64,000 nt of DNA. Source: Eledone cirrhosa. Taxonomy: Eukaryota. Under the pieces are notes generated by a model. That model saw only the letters and a program-made list of their open reading frames with translations, was not told the origin of the DNA and did no database searches. Both the position numbers and the translations under genes were made by a program. Each line of letters starts with the position of its first letter. Positions within the stretch are counted from its first letter, which is position 1. The DNA is taken from NCBI GenBank assembly GCA_964016885.1, contig OZ024741.1, forward strand, positions 267,096,001 through 267,160,000. Direction: 5' to 3'. Shown in pieces: positions 1 to 10,686 of the stretch.

Positions 1-440
1 GTATCTTTGTGACCAACAATTCCGCTTTATTTTTGACAACACTAAATCTCTGATGAGATCATTTAATTCACTTTGTCTCAGTTTGGATTGTTTGATGTTG
101 AAGCTTCAAATTGTATTTCAAAGTCCTCTTCTTCATTCAATTCAAGGATTATTTCTGGAGGCACAAGTATAGGTAGTTCTTTGCTGGACAGTATTAGATG
201 CCTGGCATAAGGAATATCAGGATAATCAACATTTCCTTTCCAAGCTGGTTGCACAATAAAGAAGTAACACTCATTTAAACAATTGGTTGACTCATGCCAA
301 ACCATTGACACTGCAAAATGCAAAGATTTTCTTTTACTTTGCAACCATTGGCAAATGCTTTTTTCACAGATATGAGGCCCAACTCTTGTCTTGGTCACCC
401 ACTTCACATACAAAATAATGATGATAGGCCCTTCTAACAA
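1..440 (-). mobile_element. Degenerate Chapaev (CMC-Chapaev3)-like DNA transposase fragment, running off the window edge
   Basis: The translation PHIC..SICQWLQSKRKSLHFAVSMVWHESTNCLNECYF..DYPDIPYAR..ELPILVPP, followed at 1-80 by QSELNDLIRDLVLSK-KAELL, resembles the recalled Chapaev3 N-terminal motifs (MPFAVPMVWREP..H..DCYFC; QxELNDLxRDL). It contains stops and frameshifts. Confidence 0.6.
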
Positions 441-524
441 TATTTGACATTAACCCTAACCCCACCTTTTTATATTACTAAATCCCCCCAAATTCTTGAT
501 TATTTTTGGAATTACTTGAAAATT

Positions 525-665
525 GTAAGCAGTGTCTTTAATTAGAAATATGGCAATGAAAGAGTTAAACAAGATAGGGAGTGTCTTTCATTAGAAATAT
601 GGTAATGAAAGGGTTAAAAAACATAGGGAGTGTCTTTCATTAGAAATATGGTAATGAAAAGGTTG
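525..665 (+). repeat. Three copies of a 49-bp tandem repeat ending AAAGGGTTAA (piggyBac-like MITE right end)
   Basis: GTCTTT(C/A)ATTAGAAATATGG occurs at 534, 583 and 632. The same unit recurs at 9042-9222. Confidence 0.75.
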
Positions 666-839
666 AAAAAAACATTTGTTTCTTGTTAGAATAAGCTTTA
701 TTCAGAGAAGAAATAAAAATAAAACAATAACAAACAAAAAGAGAAGAAAAAAAATATTATTAAAAAATTCAGGATTGGCAAAGGAGATCATATAAATCAA
801 TCAATATTGGCAGATATAATCAATAACAATAATATTAAT

Positions 840-2694
840 GGTTTCTGATTTAGGCACAAGGCCAACAATTTTTGGGGGTAGGGGAAAGTCGATTAAATCA
901 ACCCCAGTGCATTACTGGTACTTTATTTTATCACCTCTATAAGGATAAAAGGCAAAGCTAACCTCAATCGAATTTGCATTCAGAATGTAAAGGGCCATAA
1001 CTATATGCAGCAAAGCATGTTGTCCAACGCTCTACTGATTCTGCTAATCCACTGCCTTCATTACAATAGTAATAGTAATAATTGTTTCTACTTTAGGCAC
1101 AAGACCAGCAATTCACCAGTACATTACTGGTACTTTATTTTATCGACCCCGTAAGGATGAAAGGCAAAGTTAACCTCGGCGGGATTTGAACTCAGACTGT
1201 AAAGGGACATAACTATGCTAGAAAACATGGCGTCCAACCCTCTACCGATATTGCCAATTCACCGCCCTTAGTAATAGTAATAATAATAACATTATTAAAG
1301 ATTTCTAATTTAGGCACAAGGCCAGAAAAATATTTGGAGGGTGGGGGTGTCAATTGAAATCAACCCCAGTATCTGACTAGTACTTTATTTTATTGCCCCC
1401 CCCCCCCAAAAAAAAGGATGAAAGGCAAAGTAGACCTCAGCAGGATTTGAACTCTGAACATAAAGAGCTGGAACAAATGCCATAAAAGCATTTTGACCAA
1501 TGCTCTAACGATTTTGTCAAAATGGTGCCCTAATAATAATGGTTTCTGATTTAGGCACAAGGCGAGCAATTTGGGGAGAGGGGCAAAGTTTATTAAGTCG
1601 GCCCCAGTGCTAATTCACCACCCTAATAATTGTTTCTACTTTTAGCACAAGGCCAGCAATTATCCCAGTGTATTACTGGTACTTTATTTTATCGAATGAT
1701 TTCTAGTATAGGCACAAGGCCAGCAATTGGGGGGGGGGGATTGATTAAATCGACATCAGTACATTACTGGTGCTTTATTTTATCGGCCCCTTAAGGATGA
1801 AAGGCAAAGCTAACCTAGGTGGGATTTGAACTCAGAATGTAAAGTGCCGTAATTATATGCTGTAAAGCATGTTGTCCTGACACGCTACTATTTCTGCTAA
1901 TTCACGACCTTAATGATAATAATAATAATAATAATATTGATAATAATGAAGTAGAAAAGCCAGTTGATAGAATAAACTCAGTTTATTAATGGTATTTATT
2001 TTATCACCCACAACTGGATGAAAGATAAAAATAACTAAACTCTTTAAAGTACTTTAGTCTGATGTTTTACTGCTTCTGTAATATCATGGCACTACCATTA
2101 TTATATATTGATATATAATTAACCCTTTCATACTTTCTATAGTGTTGAACAAATGATGGGCACATCTCACTCATACTGGATAGGGCACCAGTTTGTTTCA
2201 AGTGACCCCCCCCCCCCAAGCTTTCAGTGGTATCTTTTCTGCTCTGCCCTAGCAGCTTAGACAGATCTTTTATCCTTAGGCCTTCAACTTCTGATAGAGT
2301 TATAGAGGCATCCCCATGACATTTATTCATGACATAGTCCACCATTCTCCAGTTCTGATTGCAGCCAATTTCTTCCAGAGAAAAAGACAAAGAGGGAGAG
2401 AGAGAAAAGAAAAAGAAAGTGAGAAAGATACAGTGGAAGAAACAAACCCCTCGAATAGTACTTAATTTATAATAGGCCTTGAAAGGATGAAAGGCAAACT
2501 TGACCTTGGCAGGATTTGAACTTGGAGCCAAGACGAATACTGCAAAGCATTCTATCTGATGTTTTAAAGATTCTGCCAATTTACAGCCTTATAGATAGAC
2601 CTAAGCAAGTAAAATCAAGTGTATTGCAATTAGAAACAAAGCTTGTGGTTCATGAGCTGCCAAGTCCAATATTTCAATGACATTGCAGCTGTTC

Positions 2695-2726
<32 letters not shown>

Positions 2727-5170
2727 TGTTTCTACTTTTGGCACAAGGCCAGCAATTATCCAGTGTATTACTGGTACTTTATTTTATCAACCCCATAAGG
2801 ATGAAAGGCAAAGTTAACCTCGGCAGGATTTGAACTCAGAATGGCAAGGGCCGTAACTATGCGTCAAAGCATGGTGTCCGGCCCTCTACTGATACTTCCA
2901 ATCCAGCGCCCTTAATAATAATAATAATAATAATAATAATTGTTTCTATTTTTAGGCACAAGGCCAGCAATTACCCAGTGCATTACTGGTACTTTATTTT
3001 ATCGACCCCGTAAGGATGAAAGGCAAAGTTAACCTCGGCAATAATAATTGTTTCTAATAAGGGTTTCAGTCACAAGGCCAGCAGTTTGGAGGTAGGGGAA
3101 AGTTGATTATAACAGACCCAGTACTTGACTGCTACTTTATTATATTAACCTCTAGAAGGATGAAAGACAAAGCTGACCTTGACGGGATTTGAACTCAGAA
3201 CGTAAAGGTCCAGCACAAATACTGCACTGGATTTTTCCAACACTAACAATTCTGCCAACTCACTGCCTTCAATAACAGTTTCTAATAAAGACACAAGGTC
3301 AAAAATTTTTGAAGGGAGAGGAAAGATGATTAAATCAACCCCAGTGCTTGGCTGATATTTTATTTTTATTGACCCAAGGAAGAGGAAAAAAAAACAGATA
3401 CAGGGTCCACATATTTGCGGGAGAGTGGAGAAACAAAGTCAATCATCTCAACCCCAGTACTTTACTGGTACTTTATGTTAACTGCAACCACCCTTTCCCT
3501 GAAGATGAAAGGTAAATTCAACCTCAGCAGGATTTGAACAGAAGTGAATATAACCAAATACCACAAGGTATTTTGTATTTTTGTCCGATAATACCATCTA
3601 TCACCTGTATGTAATTAAGCCAAACGTTAGAAGCTTCACAGCTTGGGAGAAGTAAAAGCAATTTCCTGCAGTGGTATCTGAACTAATAATATCCCAAATG
3701 CTCAATGCTCCAAAATTAACAAACAATATCATATTCATCATCATCATTTCATTTTACGTCCGATTTTTCCCTGCTTGCAAGGGTGTTAAATATATTTCTT
3801 GCTTAATAATCACATCAAATAAATGGGGGGGGGGGGGGGGGCATTGAAGGTTTACGCACTTCCTCCATTACCTTAATTAATTAGTAAAAGTTAAACAATG
3901 GTTATAGTTTGGTATCATCAAAACCTGGATTTGTTTGTCCCCCCACCCAAATGCAGCATTTGCTATAATAAATATTTATCAGATTGGACCAAAGAAACAT
4001 TGTTTCCATTGGTCTTTCAATTGCTGATACTTTCTGCCAGTTACAATGTCCGACAGAAGAAATAATGTGAAGTAAAGTATTGTGCTCATGAACAGCATGC
4101 TGCCCAGTCCAGGAATAAAAACCATAATATGATTTTGAGTACAACACCCTAACCACTAGGCCAAAGATGGAACCAAAACTTGAATGTTTCCTCCAAAATG
4201 CAATATTACAATAATTATTTCTTTTTAAACATTTTGGTAGAGTAAAAGGTGGTGTGGTGAGATTAAAAATAGGAAACAGATCTTTTAAACCAGACAGATA
4301 GTAAAGTGGCATTCATATAAAAAAAAGTCACCTTCTTTTGCTTCAAATTTGAATACCCCACATACACTATACTGACTGGCCAACCCAATAATAATTGTTT
4401 CTACTTTTGGCACAAGGCCAGCAATTACCCAGTGCGTTACTGGTACTTTATTTTATCGACCCCAGTAAGGATGAAAGGCAAAGTTAACCTCGGCGGGATT
4501 TGAACTCAGTCCGTAAAAGGACGTAACTGTGCTGCAAAGCATAGCATCCTTCCCTCTACTGATACTGTCAATTCAACCCAATAATAATATTAACTCTTAA
4601 CATCCTGTAACAATTTAGTAGAAAATATCTAATAACAGGTTTGTTAATTAATATTTAGAGTATCTTTACTAATTTGACCAATCATTGTGAAAATTTGCAG
4701 TAAACTAAAGACTTTAATATTTAATATGAAGCAGTTATGTACTTTTCAAAAATGTCTTGTTACTGTAGTTTCATGCGATTTAATAATTTAAATGTTTATA
4801 GTATCTTTACAGATGAAGAAATTGTAAAAATTAACAGTATTAAAGTAAACATTATTTTTTTTAGTGTAATGCAGTTATAGTGCTGTTTTGTACTTTTCAA
4901 GAATGTTTTGCTAATAAGAATTCATGTAATACAGGATATTAAGAGTTAATAATTTATAACTTTGGTGGCACAAAGCAAAAAAATTTGAAGGGAAGGGAGG
5001 GGTAGAGTTGCTTTAATTTAGCCCAGTATAATTAATGCTGGCACTTCAGTTTATTAAATCTGACAGGGTGTGTGTATGTGTGTGTGTGTGTGTGTGGGGG
5101 GGGGGGGTTAGGATGAAAAGGCAAAGTTGAACTCAAAACAAAGACAAAACTGAATACAATTAGGTATTTA
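840..5170 (-). mobile_element. Cluster of about 14 full or partial copies of tRNA-derived SINE family A, all minus-oriented
   Basis: The motif GGCACAAGGCCAGCAATT..CTGGTACTTTATTTTATCGACCCC..GGATGAAAGGCAAAG..GATTTGAACTCAGA recurs (e.g. 1082-1269, 2725-2913, 4394-4580). Its reverse complement has an A-box TGGCAGTATCGG, a B-box GTTCAAATCC and an (ATT)n tail. Confidence 0.9.
4590..4949. mobile_element. TTAA-flanked MITE (piggyBac-like)
   Basis: Terminal inverted repeats TTAACTCTTAACATCCTGTA / TACAGGATATTAAGAGTTAA match at 19 of 20 positions around an AT-rich interior. Confidence 0.65.
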
Positions 5171-5462
5171 GTTTGCACCCACCTCCTCAGCCCTGCTTAT
5201 ATGGTGCCCCCCCCCCCAAAAAAAAAAAAAACAACAACAACAATAAAAAAAATGTAAGTGTTGAAAGACAAAGTGTGCTAAGATCCTGGTTGACAGATAT
5301 ATTTTAACCAGGGTAACGATTAAGTTACATTAATAATTATTTGGTGTTTTTAAGGCTCCCCGGAAGAGAAAAGAGATAAATAGATAGGTATATATGCCTA
5401 TCCATCCATAGAGAGAGGGGGTACAGCAATGTAAATACGTGTGCGGTGGGGAAGGCGTGGCA

Positions 5463-6557
5463 TTAGGAAGAACTGTTTTGACTACTGGAAGATTCACCGT
5501 TGCTGTTAGACACGGCAGATGAGCTGAGTGGGGAAATATGGTTCTCAAAGCTGCTGCTACTGCTGCCGTTGTTGTTGCTACTGCTGCTGCTGTTGTTGTT
5601 ACCATTGCTGGAGTTAATGTTGCTGCTGCTGTTATTGCTACCGGTACCACCACCACTTCCATTCATTACATAGTTATTTCCAAGTCCATAGAGATGACCA
5701 CAATACTTAGCATCATCAATATTGTCCTCGAAAAACATTTCTCGCATGTTAAAAAAGGCGGCCCCGGTCAGCAAGCTGTCGCTGCCCGCTTGGTGTTGAG
5801 GCCCGACTCGAGGGATCTCCAGCTGCTGGGCTACTTCCTGTAGGCCACCTTTGAGGTTTTTGCAACTTTTCATCAGGTATTTCACGTCGTAGATGTTCGG
5901 AAAGTAGATTCGCAAAAGCTCGAAAAAGTCTGCCTCCTCAGCCGGTAAATTGCTGTTCGTTAAGATTTTAAGCATGTAACCGAAGTCGTAACCGCTATGG
6001 AAGGACAGCCACTTAACTTGGTCTGTCAAAACAACACCAGAAGTCATTAGTAGTTCGGCAAAATCGTCCGTATTGATACCTTCGTCTTCGTGTTTCTTGA
6101 ACTGAATTCCCGAGTTGGCGAGCAGATCAATGGATTCCTGTGCATACATGTCTACAGTAAGATTGAACTTAAAGTTGAACTGCCACGTTGATATCGGTGC
6201 TGGTGTTTGGCCGTAATCATTCAAGAATGTCATACCGACTTGAATTATCTTGAGCAAATCGACATTACAGCGGAGCTGCTGGTAGTGGTAGTCGGCATTG
6301 CTGCGAAATTCGCCGATGGGACGGGCCACCACGCCGGGAAACTCCGTGTCCATGGCTACATATTTATAGGATTGTACAACTTGGCGAATTGTGCGAAATT
6401 CCTGCTCCAGGTTAGATTGCCAGACGTCGCGAATACTGTAGTCGGCTTGAGCAACGGAGGGCATTCTTATATCGTACTGTCCACCCGTATCAGTCACTTG
6501 TGGGTAGATAACCTCGTTGATATCCTTAGGAATTTGATAAAAATCGGTCTCGCACAT
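5463..6557 (-). CDS. CNOT7: CCR4-NOT deadenylase subunit CAF1/CNOT7(8), DEDDh nuclease, with an intronless CDS
   Basis: Long stretches are near-identical to CNOT7/8: YVAMDTEFPGVVARPIGEFRSNADY, WQFNFKFNL, WLSFHSGYDFGY, GPQHQAGSDSLLTG, DDAKYCGHLYGLG. All DEDDh residues are intact. The first in-frame ATG is at 6557; the Met aligning with the vertebrate start (MPSVAQ) is at 6464. The ORF-track start at 6566 is a TTG. Confidence 0.97.
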   Translation of the reverse strand: MCETDFYQIPKDINEVIYPQVTDTGGQYDIRMPSVAQADYSIRDVWQSNLEQEFRTIRQVVQSYKYVAMDTEFPGVVARPIGEFRSNADYHYQQLRCNVDLLKIIQVGMTFLNDYGQTPAPISTWQFNFKFNLTVDMYAQESIDLLANSGIQFKKHEDEGINTDDFAELLMTSGVVLTDQVKWLSFHSGYDFGYMLKILTNSNLPAEEADFFELLRIYFPNIYDVKYLMKSCKNLKGGLQEVAQQLEIPRVGPQHQAGSDSLLTGAAFFNMREMFFEDNIDDAKYCGHLYGLGNNYVMNGSGGGTGSNNSSSNINSSNGNNNSSSSSNNNGSSSSSFENHISPLSSSAVSNSNGESSSSQNSSS

Positions 6558-6593
6558 CGGATCCAAAAATCCGCCAAATGTATATGGGTTAGC

Positions 6594-6632
6594 CTGTTGT
6601 GGTGAAGAGTGTACAAATTGGAAGTCGTTAGG
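6594..6632 (-). promoter_or_regulatory. Candidate branch point and 3' splice acceptor for a CNOT7 5' intron
   Basis: The minus strand reads CCTAAC-GACTTCCAATTTGTACACTCTTCACCACAA-CAG|GCT. The CTAAC lies about 33 nt before the AG, and the exon would start at 6593, in frame with the CDS. Confidence 0.5.
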
Positions 6633-6797
6633 TCAATATGAATTAATAAGTGTTGATTGATATTTAAGACGGCAGTTCGAATATCATAAAGAACGTTGAC
6701 AGAAAGAAAAGAGCTGTAGTTATGTTGGGTTTATTATTTCCTGGGACTAAAGTAGGTTAAATTGCAGGTGTCACTGATTATGTACGGCAGGTATATT

Positions 6798-6838
<41 letters not shown>

Positions 6839-7055
6839 CGAAGAATTGTCTAGCAAACTGAATTGGAAAGAGTTCTCTTTTAAGTGAAATATAGAAAGAA
6901 ATGGTATTTCAAAATAAGTCAGTTATAATATATTTCTTCATTGAAATTTAACAGACTATTATAAAATAACAAACAGTTCAAACAAAAAAGTTCGAGATTA
7001 TATTTTAAGTAATAAAATAATTAGTCCGTTGATACTACTACTTATAATAATAATA

Positions 7056-7405
7056 ATTGTTTCTACTTTTAGCACAATGCCAGCAATTTGAAGGGAAAGG
7101 GAGAGTCGATTAAATCTACCTCAGTGCGTTACTGTTACTTTATCGACCCCGTATGGATGAAAAGCAAAACTAATCCCGGCGGAATTTGAACTCAGAACGT
7201 AGAGGGTTGTAACTAATAATAATGCGCACAACAGAAACAGGAGTGTCCCACTGTGGTGAAGAAATAAAAAAACGGGCGAGGAAGCTTGGGTAGATATAAT
7301 AATAATTGTTTCTACTATTGGCACAAGGCCAGAAAATTACCCAGTACATTACTGGTACTTTATTTTATCGACCCCGTAAGGATGAAAGGCAAAGTTAACC
7401 TCGGC
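7056..7405 (-). mobile_element. Two partial SINE family A copies
   Basis: Same body motif as the 840-5170 cluster, at about 7056-7215 and 7304-7405. Confidence 0.85.
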
Positions 7406-7949
7406 TAGATATAATAATAATAATATATAATCAGCTGTTAATTGTCACCTTCAAACACACTTGTCACCACGTTAATGTTGCTTGTTTGGGGTTAACAACA
7501 TCAACTTAAATGGCTTCAGACGTTTGTTTGTGTATGTGTTGTACAAGTTTTAACAGACAGTGGTGGAACAAAACTAGAATACAAATAAAACTTGTGCAGA
7601 TGGCGTCAAGTTTGTTGTTGTTTTACGTGTGTTTATAGTGTGTGTGTGTGTAATGGGAATTGTAAGAGTACCTGTGGAGTATAGCAAAAGAAAATTTAAA
7701 TCATTATATATATAATTATGTTTATAACTGCATAACACATTTAGTTTGCTAGAATCAACTCGGAAGTGTAAATAGAACGAAGATAGCCGAGGTTAAATAA
7801 ATATAAACGTAAGTGGACGGTAAGTTTGTAGAATATTTGTCAAGAAAAGAGGGGGCTATTGTGGTGGTGGTGGTGGTTGTTAATGTTAATACTACAACTA
7901 GCACTGTGCCTCTTGATATGGCTGTTGTTTCTTTTATATCGGGAAGGGG

Positions 7950-8290
7950 GGTAGTGATAATGTTGTATTGTTGGTTCGACGTCCAGGTAATAGGACCTAC
8001 CACCACCACCAGCTGAGATAATGTTGTGTTGTTGATTCGATATTCAGGTATAGGACTTACCACCAGCAGAGCCCAGTATAAAATAACATCGGAAGACGAG
8101 AGTAAGAAAAGCTGGCTGAGACTGTTGTGTTGTTGGTTCAATCTCCGGGTATTCGTAGGACTGACTTACCACCACCACCAGCTGATATAATGTTGTTGTG
8201 TTGTTGGTTGGATATTACCACCGCCACCAGCCGCAAGAGAACCCAGCTGAGATAGTGTTGTGTTGGGATAATAAATCCCGACCTACGCCG
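7950..8290 (-). repeat. Degenerate tandem array (about 5 units of 55-105 bp) upstream of CNOT7, each unit carrying a minus-strand 5' splice-donor-like motif
   Basis: The plus-strand unit is GAC(C/T)TACCACCACCAGCTGAGATAATGTTGTGTTGTTGGTTC. Minus-strand donors are GTAGGT (7995-8000), GTAAGT (8055-8060), GTAAGT (8164-8169), GTAATA (8213-8218) and GTAGGT (8281-8286). Confidence 0.7.
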
Positions 8291-8819
8291 CCGTCGTTAG
8301 TAACTTGCAGAGAAACCGTCTTTTTCTTTTTAGATGTGAATAACAAGGAATAATAATAACAATCCGTATAAGTAGGATGTCTGTCCTCTGACAACACTTC
8401 AGATGGAATAATTAGAGACATGAAGATAGAAACAGACGCAAAAATGAAATTCAAGAACTGAGCGAACCAACGTCCGGCTTGAAACTTATCTAGTGGAAAG
8501 AAACGAAAAGACTTCGATTAATATTTTAAAAAATTAAAAGACCGCTAAGAATTTAGAAAAGTGGGTCATATTTAAATAAATAGTTGAGGGTCTTGTTTCA
8601 TCGAAAGGTTAATTTACGATAAGTTAACTCCACCTTGAAAACGAAACCTTAAAACATTCTAATTTATAAGTTTCCAATTTTCTTGTCAACATTTAATTAC
8701 GTCTGACTAGAAGCGGTGTAATACTTATCATTGTATCTAATCTCAAAATATACCGCTGCCAACAACCGGTGCCACTGGGTCCCTCCACCACTCGACTCTG
8801 AGAATAAGTGTTTTTTTTT

Positions 8820-9222
8820 TTAAACCCTTTCGATACCAAACACTCCAACACCAGCCCTGGTTCACGAGGCAAAACTGTTTGTTTTAAAAGTATCTATATT
8901 CATATAAAAAATTCCATCCTAAATTTATGTAAGAACGTTAAGTTATGTTCCAAACACCAACTTAGTGAGAAAGTTAGTTGTATTACTAAGTCCCTCTAAA
9001 ATTTTGATTATTTTCAAAATCATTTGAAAACAAAAGGCTGTGTCTTTCATTAGAAATATGCTAGTGAAAAGGTTAAACAATATAAGCAGTGTCTTTCATT
9101 AGAAATATGATAATGAAAAGGTTAAACAACATAGGCAGTGTCTTTCGTTACAAATATGGTAATGAAAGGGTTAAACAATATAGGCAATATCTTTCATTTG
9201 AAATATGGCAATGAGGGGTTAA
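8820..9222 (+). mobile_element. piggyBac-like non-autonomous element with its 49-bp right end repeated four times
   Basis: The left end is TTAAACCCTTTCGATACC. Right ends of the form AATGAAAGGGTTAA recur with a 49-bp period (9042, 9091, 9140, 9189). Confidence 0.6.
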
Positions 9223-9291
9223 ACGCCATTAATAAACTCTCCATTTCTCCTTACTCTATAAATCTGTAAGCGGCGGGGAATCGAAATTATA

Positions 9292-9400
9292 ATTGTTTCT
9301 ACTATTGGCACAAGGCCAGTAATTAAACAGTCCATTACTGGTACTTTATTTTATCGACCCCGTAAGGATGAAAGGCAAAGTCAACCTCGGCGGGATTTGA
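9292..9400 (-). mobile_element. Partial SINE family A copy
   Basis: Same body motif as the other family A copies. Confidence 0.85.
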
Positions 9401-10050
9401 ATAAATAATGAATGAATATTACATAATTTATCTACTAAATTTCGTGGCTGTTCATTAAATATATTTTATTATTTATTTAAAGATTCACTTCTTTAAACTT
9501 TTCAAATGTCAACACTTCCGGTGGCGATCGCTTAAATAAACATATTAATTTTCTGTCACTAATTTTCTCCTAATGCATTTTATATATAATATGTCTTTTT
9601 TTAATGTGTCATTGATTACGTTACTGATTACATAAGACAGTGTAACACAGTCTTCGTTCAATTTCTGTGTATATTGTCAATTACGATTTTATTTGTAATA
9701 CACACTACACATACTAGCAGAAAAACACCCGAAGGGTGGTTTTCCTGCTAGTTGTAATAATAGAATTTAGAAATGAAAATCTGTCAATCTTGAAACACCT
9801 TAGGGTAAACAACATTCATTGTATAATTTTTTGTTGGCGTCCAAATGAATAAATTGTTGCTACACACTCACACACATACACTCTTACATACATATACTAA
9901 GACAGACACACAGACATACATTCACGCAGACACATGCATAGCTTTTCATCTCATTTTTTTTACAGTCGCTACATATGTATATGTATGTGTAGATGTGTGT
10001 GTGTATTTAATAACGTACCTAATGAACGCACACACACACATTCACAGACA

Positions 10051-10392
10051 CATCATCATCATCATCATTTCATTTTACGTCCACTTTTCCCTGCTTGCTA
10101 GGGTGGGACGGGAAATGATTCTGGCTTGATTTCTACAGCTGGATGCCCTTCCTAATACCAACCTCATTTACAGTGAGTGCTGGGTGCTTTTTTGCCGTGG
10201 CACCTCCACGACCACTTTGCAGTGGAATGATATGGACCCCAGTCCTTATCATCTCTTTTCTACAGCTGAGTAAACTGGAGCAATGTGAAATAAAGTGCCT
10301 TGCTCAAAGAAACAACACATCGCCCGGTCTGAGAATTGAACTCACAACCTTTCGATTGCAAGGCCAATGCTCTAACCACTAAGCCACATACA
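10051..10392 (-). mobile_element. Full-length tRNA-derived CORE-type SINE family B with an RTE-derived tail
   Basis: Reverse complement of 34811-35160. It has the A-box TGGCTTAGTGG, the B-box GTTCAATTC, a CORE-like CTTTGAGCAAGGCACTT segment and a (GAT)n tail. Confidence 0.85.
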
Positions 10393-10686
10393 TATTCATA
10401 TACAAAATGTGACGTTATTGTGTTGTTTTCTATTGTTTTAATCCAAATGAAAATAAAAATTATCACACATACACTTACACACACATACATTCTCACATAC
10501 ACTCACTCATACTCTTACATACATATACTAAGACAGACACACACAGACATACGTTCACGCACACCTGAATAAGTAAACAAATATTAGATAGATTATTAAC
10601 TGTAATAAAAAAGAAATTAGTTATTAAGTTATGGGGTGACACTGACAAAGTTATGAACTAGTTTATTAGCAATTTAATTATGGGAT

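Noticed and set aside
449-462. Telomeric TAACCC repeats
   Set aside because: Only two units are present.
2067-2579. 170-aa minus-strand ORF
   Set aside because: It starts within a SINE, crosses a pyrimidine tract and a G run, and has no recognisable domain. A hidden exon cannot be fully excluded.
5330-5843. Ala/Val/Thr-rich ORFs overlapping CNOT7
   Set aside because: They are alternate-frame and antisense shadows of the triplet-repeat tail.
7950-8290. Repeat-spacer-like array as a CRISPR
   Set aside because: The repeats are degenerate, the spacers are partly homologous and irregular in length, there are no cas genes, and the context is eukaryotic.
7590-9530. YY1/ETS-like promoter motifs (AGATGGCG 7598, CGGAAGT 7761, ACTTCCGG 9514)
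   Set aside because: Short motifs like these are expected by chance, and a TSS cannot be placed without transcript data.
9713-9752. Small hairpins (ACTAGCAG..CTGCTAGT here; 14-bp arms at 14199-14231) as terminators
   Set aside because: The DNA is eukaryotic. These are more likely collapsed transposon ends and are too short to classify.
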